Source: an uncultured Verrucomicrobiae bacterium
Lineage (GTDB): Bacteria; Chlamydiota; Chlamydiia; Chlamydiales; Rhabdochlamydiaceae
DNA: 64,000 nt
Direction of reading: 5' to 3'
Assembly: GCA_963806855.1 (NCBI GenBank)
Contig: CAWDYW010000001.1
Span: 928,001-992,000, forward strand
Position numbers and translations under genes: made by a program. Below are positions 1-9,521 of the stretch, piece by piece. How positions within the stretch are numbered: the stretch's first letter is position 1; the number at the start of each line of letters is the position of its first letter. Below the pieces are notes generated by a model that worked only from the letters and a program-made list of their open reading frames with translations, was not told the DNA's origin and ran no database searches.

Positions 1-197
1 TTCTTCTATTACCTGCTTCTTTATATTGAGAAATACATTATTATTTTTTTGGTCGTCATGTTTCCTATCCTTGCATTTTATCAGGATCGACAAAATAATA
101 CCTCCAATTATTGTAACTAACATACCTGATACAAAACCTGGGATTTGGTCAAAAAATAGATTCATAAGCGCTCCAAAGTTTAAAGTTTATTTCACAT

Positions 198-500
198 CTA
201 GCTAAGGCGTAGATTCAATCCCATCGCTACACATAACGAAACAAGAGTATGCCATTTAGGATTGCCAGTGCCTGAAAGTGTTTTATAAAGACTTTCACGG
301 CCAACGTGAGCCTTTTTGGCCAAAGCTCCAACACCGCCTTGTGCTTCTGCAACATTTCGAAGAGCAATCAAGAAAAGGTGTTGTGATTCTTCATCGCCTT
401 TAAGGCTTTCTTCTAAAGCCGCGTTTAAGTACGCGACGGCTTCATCGTGATCCGCTAAATGTTCGAGTAGAAATTCTTGATATTTTTTACTTCTTGCCAT
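198..500 (-). CDS. Addiction-module antidote protein (HI1420/HigA-like HTH antitoxin)
   Basis: YLNAALEE...ALRNVAEAQGGVGALAKKAHVGRESLYKTLSGTGNPK..TL matches the HI1420 family pattern; overlaps the toxin stop. Confidence 0.9.
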   Translation of the reverse strand: MARSKKYQEFLLEHLADHDEAVAYLNAALEESLKGDEESQHLFLIALRNVAEAQGGVGALAKKAHVGRESLYKTLSGTGNPKWHTLVSLCVAMGLNLRLS

Positions 501-831
501 GACCTACCTCCCTTGATTGATAATCTTTCAAATACTCCTTTGCTTTAGCGATGTCCCTATCTTGGGAGCCCTTGTCGCCACCGCAAAGAAGCAAGATGAC
601 TTTATTCCCAATCTTCCCGTAGTAAATTCTAATCCCAGGACCATAATGAATCCTGAGCTCGCAAACTCCCTCTTGTAGAGTTTTGCAATCGCCAAAGTTT
701 CCAAGTTTCAAGCGATCAAGCCTTGTCAGGATTTTGGCCCGGGTATGGATCTCTTTGATTTCCTTAATCCAGATCTCAAAGGGTCGCTTGCCGTTGGCGG
801 TTTCGTAGAGTTCTACTTCGATTTCTTCCAT
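487..831 (-). CDS. Type II TA toxin, RelE/ParE (HigB/HI1419-like)
   Basis: PFE.WI...RLDRLKLGNFGDCK...GVCELRIHYGPGIRIYY...LLLCGGDKGSQDRDI; toxin-first order. Confidence 0.92.
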   Translation of the reverse strand: MEEIEVELYETANGKRPFEIWIKEIKEIHTRAKILTRLDRLKLGNFGDCKTLQEGVCELRIHYGPGIRIYYGKIGNKVILLLCGGDKGSQDRDIAKAKEYLKDYQSREVGHGKK

Positions 832-841
832 ATAACCTTAT

Positions 842-859
842 TGTATCTTTTGGGATACA
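842..859. promoter_or_regulatory. Inverted repeat in the TA promoter (candidate antitoxin operator)
   Basis: TGTATC-N6-GATACA between a minus-strand TTGAAA and TACAAT, just upstream of the toxin ATG. Confidence 0.5.
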
Positions 860-973
860 TTATTTTCAAGTGAAAATTTAAGCTATTAATTTTGAGGGTG
901 TTGAAAATTCTTGAGAGAGGCTGAGCCAGTCAAAAGTTCGAAGTGTACCCAGTAACTGGCATCTATGTAACTG

Positions 974-1008
974 AAGTACTTAGGACTAAAATCCTAAGTG
1001 CTTTTTTT
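974..1008 (+). terminator. Rho-independent terminator
   Basis: AAGTACTTAGGA-ctaaaa-TCCTAAGTGCTT followed by a T tract. Confidence 0.7.
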
Positions 1009-1108
1009 GCAAACATTTCATGCCGCGTAAATTAATTATTAGAGATTCTTAAAAATTATCAGCTCCTGTATAGTTTATGGCTTTGAAACGTAGTTAATTG
1101 GGTTTGTT

Positions 1109-1732
1109 ATGGATAATATTTTTTACAGAAAATTTGTCGGGGTCACAAAGATTCTTCTGATCGTTCTGTCCGTAGGATATTTGAGTGGATGTGCAAGATA
1201 TAATGCGAGGTCATTAAATAGTTTGTCTTCTGATCTAATGACAACTTCCAAATCAAAAGGTGTTGGAGTAGTTGCAAGAACATTCACACAAGCAGATTGT
1301 AAGAGATATTTAGATCGAGATGTAATTAACGAAGGTTATCAGCCAGTGCAGGTATATCTTCAAAATAATACTGCAAAAAGCTATAGCTTTTCCTTAAATA
1401 GAATCAGTTTGCCGCATGCAGCGCCCGAAGAAGTGGCTGAGAAGGTTCATACTTCAACTGCAGGAAGAGTAGCAGGTTATGGGGCAGGAGCTTTGATCCT
1501 ATGGCCACTGGTCATTCCTGCTATTGTTGATGGGGTGATGTCCTCACAAGCGAATGAAAGGCTCGACAATGACTTCTATTCTAAAGCAGCTAAGGATCAA
1601 GTTGTAAATCCTTATTCCCATATAAACACTCTTATTTTCGTCCCATGCTCTAGTTACGTAAACGATTTTACTATCACTTTGATCGATCAGGAAACGAATG
1701 AGCCTGTTTTATTAAATGTCACAGCCTCATAA
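1109..1732 (+). CDS. Putative lipoprotein, unknown function
   Basis: Hydrophobic N-terminus with lipobox LSGC; glycine-zipper-like GRVAGYGAGA. Confidence 0.7.
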   Translation: MDNIFYRKFVGVTKILLIVLSVGYLSGCARYNARSLNSLSSDLMTTSKSKGVGVVARTFTQADCKRYLDRDVINEGYQPVQVYLQNNTAKSYSFSLNRISLPHAAPEEVAEKVHTSTAGRVAGYGAGALILWPLVIPAIVDGVMSSQANERLDNDFYSKAAKDQVVNPYSHINTLIFVPCSSYVNDFTITLIDQETNEPVLLNVTAS

Positions 1733-1759
1733 ATCGAGAAAAATTGGAGTTGGTGTGTA

Positions 1760-2164
1760 CTATATCTTTATGCGCACCCACTCCAATTGAGTGGAATCCA
1801 ATGACGCCTCTTCTGTTAAAACGGCCTCCCAGTAATCTCTACTGCGATAGGCATCAAGAGCGGTTACAAATTCATCGTGGATGGGGAGCTCAGCCCAGGC
1901 ATTTAAGGTAGCTTCGTCTTGAAACTTGAGCACGATATCTATGCGATCGCCCTCGTCTTCATTGATCGTGTATGACATGGAAATAAAACCGGGTTGTTGG
2001 CTAACAAAAGCATCTAAGTTTGGAAACCATTCTTTTTGGAAATATTGAATTCCATCATTTGTTAAATAGTGCCTTACATAAGCTGTCAGCATACTTCTCT
2101 CCATAGGTTCTTGTGCACTCACACTTGCCATTTGAATTATAAAAGTACCTATCAAAAAAAACAT
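1760..2164 (-). CDS. Secreted ABM (antibiotic biosynthesis monooxygenase)-like dimeric alpha/beta barrel protein
   Basis: Signal peptide; QQPGFISM...FQDEATLNAWAELPIH pattern. Confidence 0.6.
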   Translation of the reverse strand: MFFLIGTFIIQMASVSAQEPMERSMLTAYVRHYLTNDGIQYFQKEWFPNLDAFVSQQPGFISMSYTINEDEGDRIDIVLKFQDEATLNAWAELPIHDEFVTALDAYRSRDYWEAVLTEEASLDSTQLEWVRIKI

Positions 2165-2199
2165 CTTAGATTTCAGATTATCTGAACCATCTCTTACTT

Positions 2200-2934
2200 C
2201 TATTTATTTTGGAATTTGTCTCGTTTCCATTTCCCGCTCAAAATGCTTCCTTCAGCATTAACTTTTGTTCCTTGACCATCAGCCGTACCAGTATCAGGAT
2301 TAATTGCTCCCCTATAGATAGCCCCATCAGGATTAATCATTGATACTACATCGTCAGTTAGTTGGCCCTCTTTCCAATGCCCTTGAATAATGTTATTCCC
2401 GGAAATTAATATTCCCTTACCAGAATATTGGCCGGTTGTTTCGCTTATGCCTCCGCGATAGACCGAGCCGGCGGAATCGATTTTGGAAAATTCATCATTA
2501 TAATCGGGCTCATCATCTTTAAAATTCGCATTAACAGCCAGATCACCTATAGGGGAAATTGTCATGACTCGACCGTTAAGTTTGTTGTCTGTAAACGTCC
2601 CTTTCATGACCGAGGCTGAAGCAGTCACCAACGTTCCCTCGCCATTAAACTTGCCTTTTTTAAACATCCCCGTAAAGATTGCGCCAGTTCGGGAGATTAA
2701 ACTACCATTACCGTTAAATATTCCACGATTGATTTCGCCAATATAAACCCCTCCATGAGTCAAATTTACCTGAGCAACTCCATTAAAATGTAATGGCAGA
2801 TCATCTTCCTCAAAAATAGGAGGTCTTTCTACTTTGCTTGTTTTGGATGAAAGGTGGACGTCCGATTGCCCCGTTTCTTCGTTTGAAGCATAAGGGCGTT
2901 TGCTAGGACTACCTGACAGAGATGTGGTGGACAC
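2200..2934 (-). CDS. MORN-repeat protein, candidate secreted effector
   Basis: Repeated YxG/FxG-x-F/W-x-x-G-x-x-x-G-x-G units; Ser/Thr-rich N-terminus. Confidence 0.8.
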   Translation of the reverse strand: MSTTSLSGSPSKRPYASNEETGQSDVHLSSKTSKVERPPIFEEDDLPLHFNGVAQVNLTHGGVYIGEINRGIFNGNGSLISRTGAIFTGMFKKGKFNGEGTLVTASASVMKGTFTDNKLNGRVMTISPIGDLAVNANFKDDEPDYNDEFSKIDSAGSVYRGGISETTGQYSGKGILISGNNIIQGHWKEGQLTDDVVSMINPDGAIYRGAINPDTGTADGQGTKVNAEGSILSGKWKRDKFQNK

Positions 2935-3124
2935 TTTCTTTCCTTTTTTAAATTAAACCGTATGCAATTATATGACATTTTTAGGTTTAAATTAAATATT
3001 AAAGGTAATTGCTTCAATCACTAAAATTTAAATATTGAAAACTATACCCGTCATCTTCTCGATGAGCTTCCATTATAGGATAGAGGCACTGTCTAATTTT
3101 GGAAATAGATAGTTGAATCGCGAT

Positions 3125-3167
3125 TTTTGTCAAAGCGTTGACAAAATGTAAAAGTCTCTGGTATCCT
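3125..3167 (+). promoter_or_regulatory. Sigma66-type promoter with overlapping palindromic operator
   Basis: TTTTGTCAA-agcg-TTGACAAAA inverted repeat contains -35 TTGACA; extended -10 TGgTATCCT lies 7 nt before the ATG at 3175. Confidence 0.6.
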
Positions 3168-3174
3168 ATGAGTC

Positions 3175-3844
3175 ATGGATAATCAAGAGATATTTAAGAG
3201 ATACGTGCAAATCGCTGATGTTCTTGGGCAAATGTTTCCCAACATCTTGGAAATTGCCGTTCATGACTTTAAAGATTTAGACCGATCGCTGGTCCATATC
3301 GTCAATGGTCATATTTCCGGCAGAGTTGTAGGGGGGCCGGTAAGTGAACTGAATATGCGACGACTTATCGAGGAAGAGGATTTCCCAGATGCTCTGCTTA
3401 ACTATACTAGCCGCAATTACCGTGGGCAGACTTTGAAGTCGAGCTCTCTTGCAATTCGCGATGAAAAAGGGAAGGTGATCGGGGCCTTCTGCTTGCATTT
3501 CGATCTCTCTCAATTCGAGCAGTTTCATAAATTTTTAGATTTTTTTCTCCATACGACTCCCGATCCATTTGTGGGCATTAATGATTTTGGTCAAAGTCAG
3601 CCTTTTAGTGAGGAAATCGAAGAAGAAATCAAGAGATGGCTTCTGCAACAAGGCTTATTTTCGACTCAACTCACGTATAAGGATAAGCAAGCGATTGTTG
3701 AACATCTTTTCCATCGAGGCTGTTTTAAGAAAAAAGGGGGCGATCTCGTGCATTGCAAATGCGTTGCAGCTCACTCGTCAATCCATCTATAACTATCTAG
3801 AACTCATCAAGCATAAGGGGGAAGTTCATGGAAACTCAAACTAA
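3175..3844 (+). CDS. YheO/DauR-like PAS + HTH transcriptional regulator (one frameshift at G5, 3736-3740)
   Basis: EIAVHDF..IVNGHISGRVVGGP..LKSSSLAIRD (YheO PAS); the HTH GAISCIANALQLTRQSIYNYL continues in the 3569..3844 frame. Confidence 0.85.
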
Positions 3845-4526
3845 GAAGGCTCTTTATATGGAGCATAGCCATCTCTATAGGCATAGCGCAAATATCGTCA
3901 AAATCGGAGAGGGCGAAATCAATAAAAAACGAACCAAATGGGTTATACTTGACGAGACGATTTTCCATCCGAAAGGGGGAGGGCAGCCGAGCGATGAGGG
4001 GACGATCAATGGAATAAACGTTGTCCATGTGCACAAGGAATCACTCGATAAAGACCGGATAGACCTTTTTGAAATCTTGCACTGTTTTGAAGAGGGGCAG
4101 TTTAAAGAGGGAGATCAGGTCGAATTGGTTGTCGATGGGGTGAAACGAAATTTCTTTTCTCGCATTCACACTGCAGGGCATCTCATTGCAGAGACGACGA
4201 AGGAGCTCTTTCCAGATCTAGAAGCATTCCATGGCAATCATGATCCGCAAAATGGCTATGTCAGGTTTAAAATGCTCTCTGATGCGGCGCATGATAAGGA
4301 GCATATTAAGATGAAATTGCAAGGGGCTCTCACTTTGAAGCTGCAAGAGGATATCCCCGTTTGCATTACGAAACTTGCCAATGGAACGAGAGCGATTCAA
4401 ATCAGACAGGTGATGCCTTGCGGAGGGACACATGTAGACCATGTGAGAGAGATTGGCCCGGTTGAAATTGGAGATATTTCGATTAATAGTAAAGAAAAGA
4501 CAGTCACGATAAAATACCGTTTATGA
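3828..4526 (+). CDS. alaX: AlaX-like alanyl-tRNA trans-editing protein
   Basis: LDETIFHPKGGGQPSD, HTAGH and CGGTH zinc-binding motifs. Confidence 0.88.
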   Translation: METQTKKALYMEHSHLYRHSANIVKIGEGEINKKRTKWVILDETIFHPKGGGQPSDEGTINGINVVHVHKESLDKDRIDLFEILHCFEEGQFKEGDQVELVVDGVKRNFFSRIHTAGHLIAETTKELFPDLEAFHGNHDPQNGYVRFKMLSDAAHDKEHIKMKLQGALTLKLQEDIPVCITKLANGTRAIQIRQVMPCGGTHVDHVREIGPVEIGDISINSKEKTVTIKYRL

Positions 4527-5137
4527 ATCTAGCCAATATTTCCTCTATCATGCTGATCAGTCTGCTTGCTGCGATGAGTCCAGGGCCCGATTTTGCCATT
4601 GTCGTCCGCAATTGTTTATCAGGGAAATTCAAAGCAGGGTTTTTGACCTCTCTTGGGGTCGCAACCGCTCTACTTGTCCATGTGAGTTATAGTTTACTGG
4701 GAATCGCCATTCTAATTGCAGAGAGTCCGCTGCTATTTCATATCATCAAGTTCATTGGGGCTGCTTATCTTATCTATTTAGGAATTATGCTACTCAGAGA
4801 GAAGAGCGGCGGCCCTAAAGAGGGGAATGGTCCGAGCAAAAAAGGAAGGGGGCCCTTCATTTCTGGATTTTTATGCAATTTGCTCAATCCCAAAGCGACC
4901 CTCTTTGTCCTAAGCTTGTTTACGCAATTCATCGAGCCTGGAATGAGCCTATACGAGAAAGTCATGCTCGGCAGTCTATTTCCACTTGTCGTTTTCGCTT
5001 GGTTTGTTCTCCTTTCCTACCTTATCACTCATCGGCTGCTACAAAGGCATTTTGCAAGATTTCAGCTGATCATCACCAAGGCAATGGGAGTTGTCTTGAT
5101 CTGCTTAGGCATCTATATCGCAGTTATGCTTCATTGA
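4523..5137 (+). CDS. LysE/RhtB family amino-acid exporter
   Basis: SPGPDF, GAAYLIYLG, GFLCNLLNPKA motifs. Confidence 0.92.
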   Translation: MNLANISSIMLISLLAAMSPGPDFAIVVRNCLSGKFKAGFLTSLGVATALLVHVSYSLLGIAILIAESPLLFHIIKFIGAAYLIYLGIMLLREKSGGPKEGNGPSKKGRGPFISGFLCNLLNPKATLFVLSLFTQFIEPGMSLYEKVMLGSLFPLVVFAWFVLLSYLITHRLLQRHFARFQLIITKAMGVVLICLGIYIAVMLH

Positions 5138-5192
5138 AATAAATTTTAATTCAAAATAGAGTGAAAAAAATGAGCTAAAAGGATGAAGGGAC

Positions 5193-8100
5193 ATGGTCCA
5201 GCGTTATTTGTTTATCAAAGGGATTTTTTTTATTGCGACTTCTGCTGTTGTACAGGCGGCGCCGATCACCTGGGTGGCCCAAAGTCCAAATAATGACATG
5301 AACAACACGGCCAACTGGAATCCAACTACTATTCCAGGGGCCGCCGATGATGCCATCTTCAACAGCGCTATTGCTGGCGTTTCGACCAACCCAGCGGAAA
5401 ACACTGCGCCTTTTTCTGTGTTAACGTTCAATTTTCCTAATGCAGCGTCGGTCTTTAGCTTTAATTTCAATAACCAGAATACTCTGACTTTTAATGGAGC
5501 TGGCATTACGGGGGGCAATACGAATCCCGTCATCCAGATCACAAACATTGATAACTCCGCTTTCCCTGGCAATCTGATCGAGTTTATCGGTGCAACGGGC
5601 ACTTCTGGCAGCGCTAACATCACTAGTTCCAATAGCGGCACATTAACAGGCGCCCAATCTAATGCGAATATTGGTAGCATCAACTCAAATTTCTATTCAG
5701 CTGGCCCCTTTACCATTGCGAATGGGGGACAAATCACTGCAAGCAATACAGGTAATGATAGCACCACAGGAACTGGCAACAATGGAGAGGCCAATACAGC
5801 ATCCTCTCAATTGAGGTTTGATCAATCCTTCACTGCGGGAAACAATGTTGCTGTTTCGGTTTCAAATAGCGGGACCTTAAGCGGCACTAATTCCGTTCGA
5901 GGGAACGCTGTTGCTATCATAAACGGCAGTCAATTTATAGCCTCGGGGGCATTTGCCGCCGGAGATAATTTTAATTGCCTGGTGCAAAACTCGGGCGACG
6001 ATAGTAGCCCGGGCACTGGACTCAGCAATGTGGGTCAAACCAATGCTGCACAGATGATACTGCAGTCTACAGGAGTTGTAGGCAACAACTGCTCTATTAC
6101 TGTTTCCAATTCAGGCAACAACTCTTCGCAGACAACCAATTTTCCTGATTTTATTGGGTATCTCAATGATCAACAGTTTTTTGTGGGAAGCACATTCCAA
6201 GCGGGTACTGATTTCGATCTGACGGTCAGCAATACTGGTATCGATACCAGCGTTTCGCATGGTGGCTCACAAGTCGCTGTGATCAATTCTAATTCGGGCA
6301 CGACAGGCAATCAAGTGCTGTTTCAACAAGGTTGCACACTCGGTAACCGAGCAGTTGTTAGCGTCACAAACAGTGGAACCTATAGTGGGTCCAATACCAG
6401 CGGCGGTTCCAATGTTGGCGGTATGAATCTCGAACAGATTGCAATAGGGGATAGCACGGCTCCGGGTTCGTTTTCCTTTAATGCAGGGGATGACTTCACC
6501 TTTAATGTTTCCAATACTGGAATCGATAGCGCTATAGGGATCGGAGACGATGCCGTGGGAGATGTTTCAACAGATCAAGTGACGTTTTACGCTCCCAGCT
6601 CTGTAGGTAATAATGCCGCATTTACCTTAAGCAATAGCGGTAACTACAGCGGACACAGCTCCACTTCATTTGTGAACGTCGGTTCCGCTGGGGGTAGTCA
6701 ACTGCATTATATCAGCACTTTCCAAGCTGGGGACAATTTTACCCTTACTGTGACCAACTCTGGAACTAATTCGGGTACTGGGGCTGGCGACAACTTTGTC
6801 GGAGATCTGATCGGCGGCGAGCAAGCTTCTTTTAATCAAGGTCTTGTAGTTGGCAGTAATGCGAATATCACTCTTTCCAATACCGGTTCCAATTCCTCGA
6901 ACACAACAAGTAATAACCAGGTCGGCAGCCTCATGGGCTATGGCAAGCAGCTCTTCGTGAAGCAGCAGTTTCAGGCTGGAGACAATCTTCTGATTTCGAT
7001 CACAAACTCTGGTTTTGATGATAGTACAGGGGCAGGTGGAAATTTCTGCGGTTTTATCAACAATGATACTGTTGATCAAAGTGGGGCGCAGGTTCATCTC
7101 GATGCAGGGGGCACTGTGGGCAATAGGGCATCGTTTACGCTATCTAACACCGGAACCTTTCAAGGAAGCAATACCGGGGCAAATTCGACAGGTGTTTTAG
7201 CAGGGCAGCAATTTAAATCGGCTGCAGCCTTTCAGGCAGGAGATAACTTCGGCTTAAGTGCATCTAATTCGGGCACAAACAACGGATCGGGGCAGAGTAG
7301 CAATAGCATAGGGACCACTGGCGCCGATCAGATTACGTTCGGGGGGACTTGCACTATTGGCAAGAATGCGACATTTCTCCTTACCAATAGCGGAGAAAAT
7401 AATGACGCGACGGGGACCTCAAACACGATTGGATCGATCAACGGCGCCCAAATGCAGGTGAATGGGGCCTTTACCGCCGGAACAACTTTAAACATTAGCG
7501 CAACCAATAGAAGGACAAATGCTGGAAACAATAGTAATGTTGTGGGCAATGTCAGCGGTTCCCAAATCGCCTTTGCGCAGAGCTGCACACTCAATGATGG
7601 ATCGAGCATCAGCGCATTCAACTTTGGTACTGTAGGAGGCTCTCAGATTTCATTTGGCCAAGGGTTTAATATCGCTTCAGGTAAAGTCACGATCCAGGCG
7701 CTCAATGAGGGGACGGTTGGTTCTTTTGGAATCGATATTCAAGGGAGTAATGCAGGAGGCGATGCTATCATTATCCTCGACAATAGTTCCTTGAATATCG
7801 GAACGACTCTCCCCACTTTTACGATCGGCGGACTCACCGGTGACAGTACGAGCACAGCTCAGTCCCAACCTACGCTCATCATCAATACTGATGCCTTGAC
7901 AAAGACAGAATTTTCAGGCGTTATCCAAGACTTTCCTGCAACCGGTTCAACACTCACGAAATCGGGACCTGGAACCCAAAAACTCTCAGGTGCCAATACC
8001 TATACCGGTCTGACAACGGTGCAAGGGGGAAGCCTAGTCGTGAATGGATCGCTCGCTGGGGATGTCTTGATCAATCCGCTTGGAACCTTAAAGGGGACAG

Positions 8101-9521
8101 GATCTGTCGCTGGAACCGTTCGAAACATGGGGACGATTTCTCCAGGAGAGAGCATAGGCACATTGACAATGGGCACTTATGTCAATATTGGGGGAACCTA
8201 CGACGTTGAAGTCAATGGAGCTGGACAAAGCGATCTCATCAATGTTTTAGGGACAGCTTCCTTATTTGGCGGCACAGTTCTTGTCAGTTCTGTCGATGGG
8301 ACGTTTCGATTCCAACAACCTTATACCATTTTGACGGCTCAAGGGGGTGTAGTGGGGACTTTCGCGGGGGCGACCTCTCTGGCCTTTATCAAGCCAACGC
8401 TCACCTATGACCCAAATCATGTATTCCTAACGATTCAGTCGGCTCTTCTGAATGCGGCCGCAAGATGCAACCAATTTGGCGTCGCAAGAAATCTCGATAA
8501 CATCGTGGGTCCAACTGCCGCACAAGCGCTTTTAATCGGTGCAATTGCCAATTTGCCATTGGGTGAGGCGCGCAATGCTCTAGAGAGCCTTTCAGGTTAC
8601 CAATACACGAATGGTGTCTGGGCAACCGAGATCACGACCCGCAGATTCCTAAGACGCCTATACGATCCGTTGAGATCGCTTGTCAGCCCTTGCGATTGCT
8701 GCTGCAGAGACTGGACTGCGTGGTTAGAAGCGGGCTATGGGTTTACAAACCTACATAAAAGGACCGCGCACAAACTGCATATGGACAGCTATCAAGTGAC
8801 GGGGGGCATCCAAAAAACTTTCTGCTGCGATTTCACGGTCGGTCTGGCCGGTTCATATGAATACGATCATGTCAGATACAAATATGGAAAAGGGCATCGC
8901 AATTCAGAATATGTGAGCCTCTATGGGCTCTATAGACCATGCGCGTTCTATGGGCTAGTCGACTTTGTCTATGGACATACCTCCGATCATGTTAATCGCA
9001 AAATCCGCGCCGGCAGTTTGCGCTATCATGCCCATGATAACCCAAATCTCAATCTCTTCGCTTTCTATGGAGAACTGGGCTTCGACTGGAATGCTTGCTG
9101 TATGCTCATCCAACCCTTTCTCGGGGTTCAGGTGGACCGCAATTGGCGCAATAAAATCGATGAAAATAACGCAAACGGCTGGGGTCTGAAAATCAAAAAA
9201 CATGATTGGACCGCCGCAAGCACCCGTCTTGGCTTGCACCTGACTACATGCGATATTTGTGATTGGATCGACGCATCTGTCGACCTCGCTTGGAATCAGC
9301 TCTGGACAAGCGATCATAACTCGACCGAAGGACGGTTTAAACAATTTGGCAATTCTTTCCGAATCTGTGGCAATACCCTAGACCGAGCCAGCCTCGACTA
9401 TGCTCTCACCCTTTCGAAGTGCCTTTGCGATGGCTTGAAAGGCAACCTAGAGGTAGGCGGTGAATGGTGGCGCCATGCAAACACCTTTAATGTGATCGTG
9501 GGGATTGATTACGGTTGGTAA
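5193..9521 (+). CDS. Autotransporter (Pmp-like) outer membrane protein with a repetitive N/G/S/T-rich passenger
   Basis: Signal peptide; ~40-aa repeats; passenger-associated strand repeat LTKSGPGTQKLSGANTYTGLTTVQGG; C-terminal barrel ending DYGW. Confidence 0.9.
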   Translation: MVQRYLFIKGIFFIATSAVVQAAPITWVAQSPNNDMNNTANWNPTTIPGAADDAIFNSAIAGVSTNPAENTAPFSVLTFNFPNAASVFSFNFNNQNTLTFNGAGITGGNTNPVIQITNIDNSAFPGNLIEFIGATGTSGSANITSSNSGTLTGAQSNANIGSINSNFYSAGPFTIANGGQITASNTGNDSTTGTGNNGEANTASSQLRFDQSFTAGNNVAVSVSNSGTLSGTNSVRGNAVAIINGSQFIASGAFAAGDNFNCLVQNSGDDSSPGTGLSNVGQTNAAQMILQSTGVVGNNCSITVSNSGNNSSQTTNFPDFIGYLNDQQFFVGSTFQAGTDFDLTVSNTGIDTSVSHGGSQVAVINSNSGTTGNQVLFQQGCTLGNRAVVSVTNSGTYSGSNTSGGSNVGGMNLEQIAIGDSTAPGSFSFNAGDDFTFNVSNTGIDSAIGIGDDAVGDVSTDQVTFYAPSSVGNNAAFTLSNSGNYSGHSSTSFVNVGSAGGSQLHYISTFQAGDNFTLTVTNSGTNSGTGAGDNFVGDLIGGEQASFNQGLVVGSNANITLSNTGSNSSNTTSNNQVGSLMGYGKQLFVKQQFQAGDNLLISITNSGFDDSTGAGGNFCGFINNDTVDQSGAQVHLDAGGTVGNRASFTLSNTGTFQGSNTGANSTGVLAGQQFKSAAAFQAGDNFGLSASNSGTNNGSGQSSNSIGTTGADQITFGGTCTIGKNATFLLTNSGENNDATGTSNTIGSINGAQMQVNGAFTAGTTLNISATNRRTNAGNNSNVVGNVSGSQIAFAQSCTLNDGSSISAFNFGTVGGSQISFGQGFNIASGKVTIQALNEGTVGSFGIDIQGSNAGGDAIIILDNSSLNIGTTLPTFTIGGLTGDSTSTAQSQPTLIINTDALTKTEFSGVIQDFPATGSTLTKSGPGTQKLSGANTYTGLTTVQGGSLVVNGSLAGDVLINPLGTLKGTGSVAGTVRNMGTISPGESIGTLTMGTYVNIGGTYDVEVNGAGQSDLINVLGTASLFGGTVLVSSVDGTFRFQQPYTILTAQGGVVGTFAGATSLAFIKPTLTYDPNHVFLTIQSALLNAAARCNQFGVARNLDNIVGPTAAQALLIGAIANLPLGEARNALESLSGYQYTNGVWATEITTRRFLRRLYDPLRSLVSPCDCCCRDWTAWLEAGYGFTNLHKRTAHKLHMDSYQVTGGIQKTFCCDFTVGLAGSYEYDHVRYKYGKGHRNSEYVSLYGLYRPCAFYGLVDFVYGHTSDHVNRKIRAGSLRYHAHDNPNLNLFAFYGELGFDWNACCMLIQPFLGVQVDRNWRNKIDENNANGWGLKIKKHDWTAASTRLGLHLTTCDICDWIDASVDLAWNQLWTSDHNSTEGRFKQFGNSFRICGNTLDRASLDYALTLSKCLCDGLKGNLEVGGEWWRHANTFNVIVGIDYGW

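Noticed and set aside
1..3100. Prophage or integrative element edge suggested by the TA pair and AT-rich sequence
   Set aside because: No integrase, phage gene, tRNA or att site is visible in the window
3728..3742. Programmed frameshift or phase variation at A6G5 in the YheO regulator (also the luxR A4 run)
   Set aside because: Cannot be separated from the homopolymer errors seen elsewhere in the window without reads
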